Translations under genes and position numbers: made by a program
NCBI GenBank assembly: GCA_900128395.1
Contig: LT649295.1
Coordinates: 1-43,938 of the forward strand
Direction of reading: 5' to 3'
DNA: 43,938 bases
Source of the DNA: Stramenopiles sp. TOSAG23-2
Lineage: Eukaryota
Notes under the pieces: generated by a model
What the model saw: the letters and a program-made list of their open reading frames with translations, nothing else
Database searches by the model: none
What the model was told of the DNA's origin: nothing
Shown here: in pieces, positions 20,601 to 31,574 of the stretch
Numbering within the stretch: the first letter of the stretch is position 1
Layout: every line of letters begins with the position of its first letter

Positions 20601-23600
20601 CATCATTAAATGCGTTCAATCCTGTACTAACAGTGCCATACAGGAAGAACCGGATGTTGCCAAAACCTTCCATGTCATTTGTACCTCGTGATACGAGCAG
20701 CAGTCGTGGTAGTGGTGGCACGATCAATTTTATATATGGTGGAATCACTCAATCAATTAGTAATGGCAATAATATTGCCAATGCAGTATCAACTGCTTTA
20801 GGTACCGTATTGGGAAAAGTTTCCAGCAAAAGTATTGTTGTGAAAAAAACATTTGATTTATTTGATATGTGTGGTACCATAGCACATACAGTACAAATGA
20901 GCCATGCTTCTAATATCGAGAATCCACAAATTTCACTATTTGGAACTAGAGGTGGCGTTACTGCGCATGCCATGTCATGGTCTTCAAGAAACGACAAGAT
21001 CAACTTGGCTTCTCCTCAGACAGCCGTTGGTATGTCTTTATCTGTTCAAGTTGATGGAAATGGTGGTGCTGTTATTGGTAACGATGTTGGGGGGGTAGCA
21101 GAATTAGTTGCAAAGGATGAAGTATCCGCTAATGCAGGTTATGTACGTCTTGGCGGTAGTGCCCAAGCAATAAATGTTCGCGTGCAGCATGAACGGGGTG
21201 AAATGCAAACAGCGGTAGTGGAGGATGAAGCAGGCTTTCCTATCCCATGTACTTCAAATGCAGAAGAAGATTACGATGAGACTGAAAATTTTGTTGAAGG
21301 TGCCTTTAGTGGTGATGTTCAGTGTGCATTAGCCATTGAAGAAGAAGAAAACAAGGATGCAAATTTTGGCAAGAATGGCCAAACTCGACGTCGTCTACGA
21401 CATCAAGGTTTGGATACTAAAGACATAAATGATCATTATGATGATGATGATGATGATGTTAAAATAACTTCAAATACTTTACATTTCCCAGGTGAAGATA
21501 CATGGGCAGCGCGCCCCACAATTACAGGAGAGCATCCCTTATTAATTCCAAAAGACCAATTACACAATTTAAATGTCGCAGTACCATTGTTACAGCGAAA
21601 GTACAAATATGGAGAAGTGGTGACTGGAGTTGTTGAAAAGCATTTAAAACAAGAAATGTTACGACGACGAGCATTATCAGGAGATGAAGAAGAAGTAAAT
21701 ACTAATAAACCATCTACCGATAGTGTATACGAGCTGCCACCAGGAAAAGGTAATTTCAATGACCCTTCAACATGGGGAGGAAACCCTGTACCAACTAAAG
21801 ATACACACGATATTGTGTATGTTCCAGCAGGTTTTAATTTAACACTAGACACGGATGCATATATTCGTGTATGGATCATTGAAGGGCGGCTTGATTTTGC
21901 CACAAATAAAGACATACACATGGAGGGTGAATTTATTGTTGTCAATGGAAACGATGCGCATTTTACAATTGGAGAGCCAAATGATCCATATCCAAAGCAG
22001 GCAACTATAACAATGCATGGGCATTGGCGTTCATTAGGTTTACCAAAATTTGGAGTGAAAGTTATAGCGATGACAAGTGGCAAAATGACGTTTTATGGGA
22101 AAGAAGTGGAGCCATGGTCACTTTTACATGCGACCGTGAATGCAGAGGAAAATATTATATACGTACAAGGTGATTTGAGAACGAAAGGCTGGGTTCCCAA
22201 TGCAAGACTTCTCGTTTCATCGACTGGATATGGAACTGAAAGAAATTGCCGTATAGATAGAAAAGATAAATGCCAAACTGAAGAAGTTCAAGTACAATCT
22301 ATAACCATTGTATCGCCTGGGAATGTAATGAAGGTAACACTGAAAAATCCTTTATCGTACACACATTTAGGCGAATCAATAGCAATACCAGGAGCGGAAA
22401 ACGGAGAGACTGTGGAGCGAAGGGCAACAGTAGCTTTGCTTGATAGAAATATAAATGTTAAGGGAACAGATGTAGAAGGATTTGGTGCCCAAACAATGAT
22501 GTTAAGTGGCCAAATGGTCTTAGATTACGTTGAATTTGGACCATTCGTTGGGCAAGCATTTCAATTAGGAAGATACGCAGTGCATTTTCACACTCCGAAC
22601 GAACCACTATTTAAAAATGGTTTACAAACCAGTAATGATCCGAAAATGCAAGGTTCCCATCAAGCATTAAGTCGCGTAAGGGGCTGTGCTATTCATGGAA
22701 GTAACAATCGCGCTATAGCGGTTCATGGATGTCACTTTTTACCAGTCGAACGAAATATTGCGTATAATATAATGGGCCATGCGATGTTTATTGAAGATGG
22801 TATTGAGCAACATAATATTTTGAAAGAAAATGTTGTAATGATGGTGCACCAAGCATGGTCATTGTTAAATACAGACACAACGCCGGCTTGTTTTTGGATT
22901 TCAAATTCTAATAATAGATTTATACGTAATCGTGCAATAGGTTCAACTCATCATGGATATTGGTTTGATCCACCAGGCGGCCCGACTGGACCATCATCAG
23001 GAAGAAAGATCGTTATCACTGAATTCGACAAAGAAATATTCTATTATGACGAATATACTAAGGATAGTTCTGGTAATCCATGGAGTTTTCCAGGTCAAAC
23101 AACAACTAAATACTGCGTCGATAAAAAATATTGCATTAATCTAGAGGAAGTTGTCAAAACAAGATCAGCTCCACTTCTCCAATTTGATAATAATACTGCT
23201 AGCTCAAATGGAGAGCATGGGGTATGGATAGACAAGATTGATTATAAGATATTTAAAAAGCCGAATCCAAAATCAAGGGAAGTATACATGCGGAGAAATA
23301 TGTACATGAACAATGTTTTGGCTTTCAATAACAGAAAGGAAGGAATCGGCGTTGTGATGGGCGTTGGACACTTACAAATTCTCGATGCAATATGCATGGG
23401 CAATGGTGTAAATATTGGCTACATGAAAATGAGTGCGAGTGGATGGGCAACAGCAGAAAATAATTGGCAAGGTCATTTAATTGAGCGGGCTTTAATACGC
23501 GGAGACCCGGGGAGGAGAACGATGGGAATCGGATTACCGCATGGTGCTTGGCTCACTGTCAAAGATACATTATTTAGCAGATATATTAAGGATCTTCCTA

Positions 23601-26600
23601 TCCATCACTGTTTGATTTGTGGAGGGGGTAAGGGTGGCATGGAAATTAGATTTTTAGGGACAAGATTCGTCGAATCGCCAAAGCTGCCACGATTACAATT
23701 CGATGGTTATTGGGGAAGCAATATTATATATGATATGGATGGAAAATTAACAAATACATCAAAACCAACTTGGGCACATTCGGTAAGTGGGGCAGCAACA
23801 TTATTCGATGGCAATTCACCACTGGGGCATTTTCCACCAGAATATTGCCAGTTTAGTAAAATGGTTGATGGTGTAATATGCGATGATCGGGTGTCCATGC
23901 GAGAAGTACAATTTAGGATGATTCTTCCAATGGCTTGGATACCAATAAGACTCCAAACGGGGCCCAAACAAGTGTCTTTACCTGTACCGTACTATAACTA
24001 CGATTCGCAGGGGCGGAGATACAATTGGCATATGACAGTAGTTGTGGTAAAAACTGCAGACGCAGTTCCAATCGTTCACAACATGACATTTTTAATGCAA
24101 CCATGGGAAGTAGATGACCCCGACTCTTGGTTAGGTGAAGTTCGTGAGATGCGACCCAATGAATGGACTATTCTACGTATTCCTACTCTTCGAAATCCTT
24201 GGAAATGGAAATTTGGTAAACATGCAAGTGATCTCTCTACAAATGATTACAAACAATCCACTTATACGTATAATAAAACTGCAGCACCACTTACCTATAC
24301 AGGATTTGTGCACGGCCAATACAGCTATATCCCTGTCAAAGATGTAAAAGATTTTAATGTAATACCAGATCCGGGAATATTAGATGTTTTAATATCTGGA
24401 AAATCGCTTTTAGATAGTGCAGCGAATACAGCTAGTTTTTCAAACGTACCATGGTTTAGGAGTTGGGCGCCAAACGAATACTGGACACGGTATGATGGAA
24501 AATACAATGCCTACCCAATTTGCAATACTGGTGGTGGTTGTTCCGGAGTAACTCAATTGGGTTTCGGTATGAAGCGAACAAATTGTGCTCCAGGAGATTC
24601 CGTGCGATGTTTACCAATGGGTAAGCCTGCTAATTGCTTTTCAGATGCGCCATTTCCTGAGGGTGCGAAAGTGAAACGGACGTTTAAATGGTGCGATACA
24701 ATACCTGGTGAATGGTCTCCTCCAAAATTTGGAGATGATGTTCTAATAAAAGTAGGGTGGACGGTCATTTTGGACGATACATGTTTAGAAACGGAGATTG
24801 TAAGACATTTAGACGTTTATGGCAGTTTATTGCTTCGTGATCCTGGTGCTGGAAAAACTGTAAAATTGAGAGCACAAACGATCCATGTGGCAGCTGGAAA
24901 GGGTTACCTGGAAGCTGGTACTACTACGTTACCAATATCAAATGGAAATGTCCGACTTGAATTGAATGGTAATCGTTACAGCAATCCAAGATATGGGTAT
25001 GGACTCGAGACTAAATATATTGCAGTCTTAGGTAGAATAAGTTTAGTTGGGAAATCCTTAGGAGACCACAATCAAACCACTTGGGGTACGTTACAAGCAA
25101 ATGCAATGAAAGGTGAAACACAATTGAAGATGGAATCATACATTTTTGATGCATGGAAGGTAGATGATGAGATTATGCTCGGTGGTGGGCACATGGAAGA
25201 TGGCAATACTGGCTTTGATTCCGAGGATCGTTGCAAAATCACGTCAGTGACAAAAGTATCAAAACATACTGTAATTGGATGTGAGGAACCTTTTAAAAAT
25301 GATCATAGTGGGCCAAATAATAAAGGTGATATGACGTTTAGAGGGGCACCGGTAACACTTATACATTCAACCAATCACCGCGTCCATGTTGTAGGAATGG
25401 AAGACGATACAAAGGCCAATTCAGTGCAACAATATGGTGTAACACTTCAAGTTTTAGCTACAAAGAAAGGGCCAATGGGAAAAATTGGAAGAAAAGCCAT
25501 TAAAAACAATGCAATTGACCCAGAATCAGCTCGCACACGAGAAGCATTATCAGCTGCAGATTATGTACCGCCAAAAGAGTGCGAAAAAAAACAAGGTGAT
25601 GTTATTGTGATGAACACTGGATTTACACATTGTGGCCAACGAGGTGCACAAGCATGTTTAGCTGTTCGCCCAGGATTTCGAGGCGAATTTAATGTTGATG
25701 CACTTGTTAAACAAGGTATTGCTTCTGTAGCTATGATTAAACATTCCACATTTTCCGATGCTTATTTTACAGGAATTGTAGTTACGGCAAGCGGGGTTAT
25801 TGTCGAAGATAATGCCGTTACTAATACTTATAATGGTGGTTTAAGTATATCTGGATCAAACAACAAAGTGATAAACAACGCTGCTATTAAAATATTTAAT
25901 GACATGTACAGCATGTTTCATGACATGGGGGCAGTAGGTATGGCTTTAAAAGGAAACGGTATATGGAAGAACAATGCTGTTTCTTTGAGCCAATACACTG
26001 GCTTTCAATTAGGTGGAAGGCCGTGTGGAGTTGAAGACAAGTTATCCGAGGCAAGTGGATTTTTGGTTTATTGGGGAGGTCAAGTTGGGGTAGCTCTTAT
26101 GGGTGGTGAGGAAATTGGGTATCCACGCGAACCTGCAGAGGCATACCCGGAAACCGCAAAATGCCGTGAATGGCGAGATATAGAGGTTCAAGGGGCAAAT
26201 ATGTTTGGTGTTCAATCTAGCTCTCATAAAAACAAGTGCGTTCGATTAAATAGATTGGCATTATGGGATACCGGCCTTGGGGTCTCCTTATGGTTATCAA
26301 ACGGTGATTCTGGTCGTGGTTCACGATCAAACTCAGGTGCATTTGCAGAGATTGCAGATTCTACAATAGTTGGTTCCAACTCGAGATGCAGAAACGATGG
26401 AATAGCATTTCCAAATTTTTATGCGGGCACAAAACCATATCGTCCAAGCCAAGGTGTTGAAACCCCATCAAGGTATGGTGGGTCGATCATAAAGAATGTT
26501 AAATTTGTTGATTTTGGTACTTGCAACAACGGCAAAGGCCAGAACTACGCCATGGTCAACAACATGGCGCGTGCAAGATACGCATACGTTTACCACGACG

Positions 26601-28759
26601 TTGCAAATAGTGTGGAAATTTCAGGGTTATCCTTCGAAAATACCCCAGAAGATAATAAACTCAAGATGCTCCCACCACCAAAGGGTAGAATTGGTAATAT
26701 GAAGTGGGGATGTGCACAGATTTACTGTGACGGAGATCGAAGTTTGTTCATCGTTGATAAAGATGGGTCATTGCTTGGCAACGAGGAAACAGGAACATTA
26801 GTTCCGTTTAATGAATTAGGTTGGAAAGAGAAGCTAACGTACGTCGATGCATTAGGCCGAGAAACAATGGAATCGTTGATTCCTTACACAGCACAATGGC
26901 GGGTAGATGGTAGTAGAATTGTTCCATTGCAAGGAGCTGACAAATTGTACGATGAAGCAGGAATTTTACGCGAAGGGTGTACCTTTCAAGACGCTTGGCA
27001 AGCATATAAATGTCCAAATGCAGAACATCGCCAAATAGTGTTTGAATCCCTGGATAGGGATCACAAAATGCGCCGTTTGTCCCCAACGTCAGTATTAACT
27101 CGATTAAATGATAAACGATACATGGCTTTGTACACTGGCCCTGGTCGGTATAAAATCGAGTGGAGTGGGGCTATTAAACGAAGCGTAACATTATGGGTAA
27201 CAGGTCATAAAGGGGCAACGCATGAAGTGCATCATACGAGCACAAATCCTGGTATTCAACGGGTCGGGATGTCTGGAGCAACAATGAACGACGCGGTGCA
27301 CATAAAATTGTACTATGGAGTGGCAAATAATGTAGATTTATACGTAAACGAAGAACTTGTTCCACCATTGGCCAAAGTTACATTTGAAAATCCAGATGGG
27401 CCAGATTTGAGCAACCGTGGCACTTTAAGTGACCAACCCCATGGTGCAAACTATTACGATCGTTTAAATGGTTATATGGAATTTGTATTACGAGGTCCAC
27501 AACCTGTCGTCATCCGCATATCCAATATGATTGTATTGACAGGAACGATAACCGTAACCGAGGATGAATTTTTCGTACCTGGTCTTCTTGGTTTAACGAG
27601 AAATATTGCCTTGTTATTGGGAATCGATGAAAGTCGAATTGCAGTTGCTGGGGTTGGTGATTATAAAGATGCAAAAGAAAAAGCAAGTGTCGGCCATAAC
27701 CGAAGACGCTTAGCAAACGAGCCGGTAACGTTGGACTTTGTCATTACAGAAACCAAACGTGGTGAATTGTCTCAAAACACAAATGGAGAGACATCTACTA
27801 GTGCAGAAGAAGCATTGATGGCTGAATCTGGCAAAGAGTTAAATAATTTTGGCAAGCAATTAATTGACACACCAGAGGCAGAGCTTACAAAGAACACACA
27901 GGTCCAAATTGTTCAATCATTTAAATTGACACAGGAGGCGAGTGTTCCAACGCCTGGTTGGTATGGGTGCGAAGTGAAAGCGTTCAAAGACGGCATTTGC
28001 GATTGTAACTGTGGTCGTTGGGATCCAGATTGCGATGATAGCGATACAAACCAAGATGCAGAAGTTGATCCGCGAGGATGCCCTTCAAGTATTATAGGAA
28101 ATCTTACACATCATGTAGAAGCGTTACGTGAATTTTGTGTCAATTATAAAGACTCAGTCATTTGCGAAAATGTTGAAGAATTTGATTTGTGTGAAGAATG
28201 GCCTTGCCAAGATAAAAATGTATCTGTGGAGCTTAGAAATGAAGTCGCTCGAGCGACATCTTTTGCATCGGTATGCAAAAAAACCAATCCATCAGATCCA
28301 TTGCCTTCAGAAGGATACGTCAACGATGGTAAATGTGCTTTAATTTTCAAATTTGATGCTGTTGAAAAGGAGGAAATTATTGATGAAAAGAAAAATGAAT
28401 CAATACTTTCCAACCTAGTACCAAAAACAATTGGAGGTTGGATCGTTTTTTTGATTGTTGTTGGAATTATAGTGTTTCTCATAGCTGTAACAGTGTGGTA
28501 TTTTAAAGTCTTCAAGCCGAAGAAAAAGAAAGAAGTGAAGAGTGTATTTAGTGCATTTCAAGCGGGAAGACGTGCACAGAAAAATGGTTCCGAGACACAG
28601 ATTGATGATACAGAAATAAATAGTAATGGGATTGAAATGATGACTTCATCAAATAAAAAGAATTTAGCAGTTGGTGGCACATCATCTGCGGTTGTGGCCT
28701 TAGTTATGGATGGTGATGATAATGAAAGAAACAAAGAAAAGGTTGTCGAAACTATATGA
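17651..28759 (+). CDS. Fibrocystin-L (PKHD1L1/PKHD1)-like giant type I membrane protein with IPT/TIG, PA14-like, two G8 domains, PbH1 beta-helices and a TM segment
   Basis: Signal peptide; IPT motif PNRGSITGGGYINIYG; G8 #1 NDPSTWGG...YVPAGFNLTLD...FGVKVI; beta-helix motifs GQAFQLGRYAVHFH, NNRAIAVHG, GHAMFIEDGIE, LLNTDTTPACFWI; G8 #2 PKFGDDVLIKVGWTVILD; TM IGGWIVFLIVVGIIVFLIAVTVWYF followed by KVFKPKKKK. Confidence 0.9.
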   Translation: MKNYFNNGMPTSMIIISVMMFYFTSIITNSILMVAAANPTANFVLPNRGSITGGGYINIYGKDLLPSKDKKGGALFDAGIKAKWGVGPNSSISCDPINYLSNDGKIVCVPSALDNKLNGREISTLSNCDGRQLYLNAPPPMTLWVDNVGGPLRHPNYPTASTSLLGKCGGGGGKKNRIWQCSREIMIGSTPILASVVPRAVHAGDLITVYGQTCFGDDFQYIKDEKISLKSDFSMSGEETRDHFGLKSDIIRIRVGKYICETKNSAGRYYRSNKGHVKGRCSSFSSWFQCRLPEGIEPGKYPIQFETVNNGHSITSISGYGFNINNASEAFSVQVLPKSTKKISILNITSVANTNVLRVHGKHLNESNVQIKWGGQSCTKNSIKYNEILCTKSTNTASTGNKYYLGPIAWLREKYVFFKESDMAYALAGEAWSTAIEGFKMNSRPSPGEIMDKLRTGTLKTGYAKIRISSLLPGSHAGTPWEYQSENPSIDLKQTYGRRGAIFQRVSGIYKATHNGYLRMVSRHTAGNLMTVRVCNTVNPDLCYENSDKIIISETLHFNDISVRTPWFQVVKDNSYLIELLVKYNPQHNRKWGGFNVDFDFSYKGNDNDGETAQSNVGYTGPYTPRRARNAQYVLRTSGIAADTITIVVRKGESNIFDLSLANGTVPIPVRGVRFPPRYFRNIIRDSLKWATCDELPARSKKMEVFRYHQIHPFDVEGRWIMAKDTNAFITNSLPKSTKVGGISGASIDYSTSYCGSLSQHINLNAIPDGRVIVPPLSISAHGKDYPYLNFAYKLTPNARVTMLLRLYMRKRFFTCAVLLTHPEPANGVTAHPTCINLQNQIVADGAWHELSFNWRSLLTSESNAFNALFPSINTGVQLMSIAIGAQVHLSSCPSKQDNADTHNEGSGSLSGEMWIDAVSVTKSSYSFNRQKRTETQMAGMVEGKSAVTHIDVDTQTNADKTEDKVTIKLYRTDQCVTSASSAPSLNAFNPVLTVPYRKNRMLPKPSMSFVPRDTSSSRGSGGTINFIYGGITQSISNGNNIANAVSTALGTVLGKVSSKSIVVKKTFDLFDMCGTIAHTVQMSHASNIENPQISLFGTRGGVTAHAMSWSSRNDKINLASPQTAVGMSLSVQVDGNGGAVIGNDVGGVAELVAKDEVSANAGYVRLGGSAQAINVRVQHERGEMQTAVVEDEAGFPIPCTSNAEEDYDETENFVEGAFSGDVQCALAIEEEENKDANFGKNGQTRRRLRHQGLDTKDINDHYDDDDDDVKITSNTLHFPGEDTWAARPTITGEHPLLIPKDQLHNLNVAVPLLQRKYKYGEVVTGVVEKHLKQEMLRRRALSGDEEEVNTNKPSTDSVYELPPGKGNFNDPSTWGGNPVPTKDTHDIVYVPAGFNLTLDTDAYIRVWIIEGRLDFATNKDIHMEGEFIVVNGNDAHFTIGEPNDPYPKQATITMHGHWRSLGLPKFGVKVIAMTSGKMTFYGKEVEPWSLLHATVNAEENIIYVQGDLRTKGWVPNARLLVSSTGYGTERNCRIDRKDKCQTEEVQVQSITIVSPGNVMKVTLKNPLSYTHLGESIAIPGAENGETVERRATVALLDRNINVKGTDVEGFGAQTMMLSGQMVLDYVEFGPFVGQAFQLGRYAVHFHTPNEPLFKNGLQTSNDPKMQGSHQALSRVRGCAIHGSNNRAIAVHGCHFLPVERNIAYNIMGHAMFIEDGIEQHNILKENVVMMVHQAWSLLNTDTTPACFWISNSNNRFIRNRAIGSTHHGYWFDPPGGPTGPSSGRKIVITEFDKEIFYYDEYTKDSSGNPWSFPGQTTTKYCVDKKYCINLEEVVKTRSAPLLQFDNNTASSNGEHGVWIDKIDYKIFKKPNPKSREVYMRRNMYMNNVLAFNNRKEGIGVVMGVGHLQILDAICMGNGVNIGYMKMSASGWATAENNWQGHLIERALIRGDPGRRTMGIGLPHGAWLTVKDTLFSRYIKDLPIHHCLICGGGKGGMEIRFLGTRFVESPKLPRLQFDGYWGSNIIYDMDGKLTNTSKPTWAHSVSGAATLFDGNSPLGHFPPEYCQFSKMVDGVICDDRVSMREVQFRMILPMAWIPIRLQTGPKQVSLPVPYYNYDSQGRRYNWHMTVVVVKTADAVPIVHNMTFLMQPWEVDDPDSWLGEVREMRPNEWTILRIPTLRNPWKWKFGKHASDLSTNDYKQSTYTYNKTAAPLTYTGFVHGQYSYIPVKDVKDFNVIPDPGILDVLISGKSLLDSAANTASFSNVPWFRSWAPNEYWTRYDGKYNAYPICNTGGGCSGVTQLGFGMKRTNCAPGDSVRCLPMGKPANCFSDAPFPEGAKVKRTFKWCDTIPGEWSPPKFGDDVLIKVGWTVILDDTCLETEIVRHLDVYGSLLLRDPGAGKTVKLRAQTIHVAAGKGYLEAGTTTLPISNGNVRLELNGNRYSNPRYGYGLETKYIAVLGRISLVGKSLGDHNQTTWGTLQANAMKGETQLKMESYIFDAWKVDDEIMLGGGHMEDGNTGFDSEDRCKITSVTKVSKHTVIGCEEPFKNDHSGPNNKGDMTFRGAPVTLIHSTNHRVHVVGMEDDTKANSVQQYGVTLQVLATKKGPMGKIGRKAIKNNAIDPESARTREALSAADYVPPKECEKKQGDVIVMNTGFTHCGQRGAQACLAVRPGFRGEFNVDALVKQGIASVAMIKHSTFSDAYFTGIVVTASGVIVEDNAVTNTYNGGLSISGSNNKVINNAAIKIFNDMYSMFHDMGAVGMALKGNGIWKNNAVSLSQYTGFQLGGRPCGVEDKLSEASGFLVYWGGQVGVALMGGEEIGYPREPAEAYPETAKCREWRDIEVQGANMFGVQSSSHKNKCVRLNRLALWDTGLGVSLWLSNGDSGRGSRSNSGAFAEIADSTIVGSNSRCRNDGIAFPNFYAGTKPYRPSQGVETPSRYGGSIIKNVKFVDFGTCNNGKGQNYAMVNNMARARYAYVYHDVANSVEISGLSFENTPEDNKLKMLPPPKGRIGNMKWGCAQIYCDGDRSLFIVDKDGSLLGNEETGTLVPFNELGWKEKLTYVDALGRETMESLIPYTAQWRVDGSRIVPLQGADKLYDEAGILREGCTFQDAWQAYKCPNAEHRQIVFESLDRDHKMRRLSPTSVLTRLNDKRYMALYTGPGRYKIEWSGAIKRSVTLWVTGHKGATHEVHHTSTNPGIQRVGMSGATMNDAVHIKLYYGVANNVDLYVNEELVPPLAKVTFENPDGPDLSNRGTLSDQPHGANYYDRLNGYMEFVLRGPQPVVIRISNMIVLTGTITVTEDEFFVPGLLGLTRNIALLLGIDESRIAVAGVGDYKDAKEKASVGHNRRRLANEPVTLDFVITETKRGELSQNTNGETSTSAEEALMAESGKELNNFGKQLIDTPEAELTKNTQVQIVQSFKLTQEASVPTPGWYGCEVKAFKDGICDCNCGRWDPDCDDSDTNQDAEVDPRGCPSSIIGNLTHHVEALREFCVNYKDSVICENVEEFDLCEEWPCQDKNVSVELRNEVARATSFASVCKKTNPSDPLPSEGYVNDGKCALIFKFDAVEKEEIIDEKKNESILSNLVPKTIGGWIVFLIVVGIIVFLIAVTVWYFKVFKPKKKKEVKSVFSAFQAGRRAQKNGSETQIDDTEINSNGIEMMTSSNKKNLAVGGTSSAVVALVMDGDDNERNKEKVVETI

Positions 28760-29315
28760 TGGGAAAAGGAAAAGATATTAAAATTAAGGAAGGATGTGGT
28801 TTAGTTGAAACTGAATTAATATTTTGGAGATTTAGCACAAGGATCAAAAACATAGTGTAGTATCATAATGCATTTTTATCACATTTACGAACATATTTTT
28901 ATAATATGGTTAAAATCTAAGTTATAATAATTTTACACTTCTCGTGTTAAAGTAATATGCTCAATACTCAATTCGCAAGAATAATATGCTATCCTACTAA
29001 TAATAAAGCTCTCCTGACGTCGCCGCAAGCTCTCATGCTATTTTCATTAAAAAAAATACTACGTGTGTACGTCGTATCATTATTTATATTTTAAAGTAAT
29101 ACATTTATTTTTGCGAGGGCTCTTTTTTTTCAACACTACGCTTCGTACAAAATTATAAAATACTCGTACGAGTAATATTATGTGTATATACGTTAATTAT
29201 ATACTTCGTACCTCAATGATGTTTTTGTCCATTTCCTCGTTTTGTTTGTTGTTGCCACACTATATGTTACTTCTTTCTGTAACATTCGTATTGTATCTCT
29301 CTACACAGCATTGAC

Positions 29316-29477
29316 ATGTATGATTCCACTAGACATACTCCATTCATCAAGGCAGCAGAAATGGGAAATATGGATCACGTTCGTATATTCATGATGGGGA
29401 ATGACTTTGATATTGATTTGTACGGTCGATTCCTCTTTCCTCTTGACGGAAGCCAAGGTAGACAAACGGTTTTTTAA
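29316..29477 (+). pseudogene. Isolated ankyrin-repeat fragment (53 aa; relic or orphan exon)
   Basis: Translates as MYDSTRHTPFIKAAEMGNMDHVRIFMMGND... then TAA. TPFIKAAEMG-x2-D-x-VR fits the ankyrin consensus. Preceded by the acceptor-like CTCTCTACACAG ending at 29308. Confidence 0.5.
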
Positions 29478-30287
29478 AAGGTATAATCAATTCCCAAAGA
29501 GTATGATGCAGCGATTCCTTTCCATGTTGCAAAATGCAAATGTGTATGCAATGACTTAAGCATCACATGTGTTCAATAATCGTTATAGCACAAACTCTTC
29601 TTATGTTAGTGTAACAAGTGGGTTAATTATTATATTACAAAGGAGATATAGCACATTATAGCTACCTCACAAATCACCTCAACCTCACATGTAATTTTGG
29701 ATCTTCTTCACCAGATTATAGTATGTAAATAGTATTGAGTTCCAATAGCATGCCAATAGCATTACGATACAAATATATATATCATCAATCGAATGAATAT
29801 TATAGATTTATACAATATAATATCATTTACGTACACAGATATCGATCAGAACAGAGCAGAACAATATCAAGAACTTCCATATTTTCAGAGCAAGTTGTTA
29901 AATAAAATAGGAAAGGAAATAACGATTTAGTAGTAGTAGTATATATATATATATAATTTTATTGGACATATCGTTTTTTTGTAATATTGTTTGAATCATT
30001 CTTTTTTTTTTTTTTAGAAATTATATTTATATAACGAAAAAGAAAGCAAATTAATAATATTTAATATAAAAAAGTTAAACGAAATATATATATTCTCGTC
30101 GTTAAATATATATAATATAAACGGATAATAAGCATCTTGATATTTGTAGTCATATTAATACCGAAAGAATAATAATAGAACATCGTATCACGCAACAGTT
30201 TATTTATATACATATAATATATATATAAAAAGATAGGAAACATCATCATCATAAATAAATAGTAAATTTATACAAAAAAATTATAAT

Positions 30288-31574
30288 ATGTCTGAAGATG
30301 AGAAAAAAAAAGTCAATGTATTAATGATTGGTACTGGGGAATATACAACTGGTTTTGTTGGTGGTGGGAAAGCAGATTCGGATAAAGGTGCTGGTGTTGT
30401 TGGTGTTGTCATGTTTGATTTAAGACGACGCGGGAAGGTGGATAAATTGGGTTTAGTAGGGACGAATGGTGAAAAAATGCCACAAATACGCCAACATATG
30501 GAAAACAATATTGGTAAAGTATATAAAGATATGGATTTAACTTGTTCAACATTTCCAGAAGATGGTACTATTGATCGGGAAGCATATTTAAAAGCATTAG
30601 ATACATTTTCACCAGGTGATGCAGTCACTATATTTACTCCTGACAATACACATTGTAAAATAGCATTAGCAGCTATTGAACGAGGCTTACACGTACTTGT
30701 AACAAAACCACCTGTCAAAGAGTTGCAAGAGCATAAAGCACTTGTAGAGGCAGCGAAACGAAAAAATGTGTTAGTATTAGTCGAAGTACATAAACGATAT
30801 GATCCTATGTACGTTGATGCAAGAGATCGTATTAATAATTTAGGAGATTTTTCATATATGAATGCATATATGAGTCAACCTAAACATCAATTGGAAACAT
30901 TCCGTGCATGGGCTGGTAAATCAAGCGATATATCGTATTATTTAAATTCACACCATGTTGATTTTTTAGAATGGTGTGTACGTGATCGTGCACGTCCTAT
31001 ACGTGTCGCTGCATTTGCAGCAACTGGTGTTGCAAAAAGTAAAGGTATTGATACGGAAGATACGATTACATTAAATGTTACATGGAAAAATTTAAAAAGT
31101 GGTTCTATTGGTATTTCCGTATTTACATCATCTTGGATCGCACCTAAAAGTGACGTGCATTCACAACAACGTTTCTTTTACATGGGACATAAAGGCGAGG
31201 TACGTATTGATCAAGCTCATCGTGGTTTTAGTACAGCAACGGATGAATCTGGTTTTGCATCATGTAATCCATTATTTATGAAATATACACCTAGTGATGG
31301 TATGTTTAGTGGACAAAATGGTTATGGATATAAAAGTTTTGAAGTTTTCATCGATGCAGTACGAAGTGTAAATGCAGGTGAACAAAAACCTGAATATTAT
31401 GATGGAAAATTACCAACCATTGCTTCAACATTAGGTGCAACTGCTATTTTAGAAGCAGGTAGAAGAAGTTTAGATAGAAATGGACAACCATATGATATAT
31501 TATATGAGAACGAAGATGATATTAATGCTGAGCCAGTTGGTTTAAAACCTGTTGGTTACGCGCTTAAACATTAA
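30288..31574 (+). CDS. gaaA: Gfo/Idh/MocA-family oxidoreductase, GaaA-like D-galacturonate reductase
   Basis: [16 protein letters not shown]-x3-[21 protein letters not shown] and [30 protein letters not shown] match Aspergillus GaaA as I recall it. Confidence 0.85.
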   Translation: MSEDEKKKVNVLMIGTGEYTTGFVGGGKADSDKGAGVVGVVMFDLRRRGKVDKLGLVGTNGEKMPQIRQHMENNIGKVYKDMDLTCSTFPEDGTIDREAYLKALDTFSPGDAVTIFTPDNTHCKIALAAIERGLHVLVTKPPVKELQEHKALVEAAKRKNVLVLVEVHKRYDPMYVDARDRINNLGDFSYMNAYMSQPKHQLETFRAWAGKSSDISYYLNSHHVDFLEWCVRDRARPIRVAAFAATGVAKSKGIDTEDTITLNVTWKNLKSGSIGISVFTSSWIAPKSDVHSQQRFFYMGHKGEVRIDQAHRGFSTATDESGFASCNPLFMKYTPSDGMFSGQNGYGYKSFEVFIDAVRSVNAGEQKPEYYDGKLPTIASTLGATAILEAGRRSLDRNGQPYDILYENEDDINAEPVGLKPVGYALKH

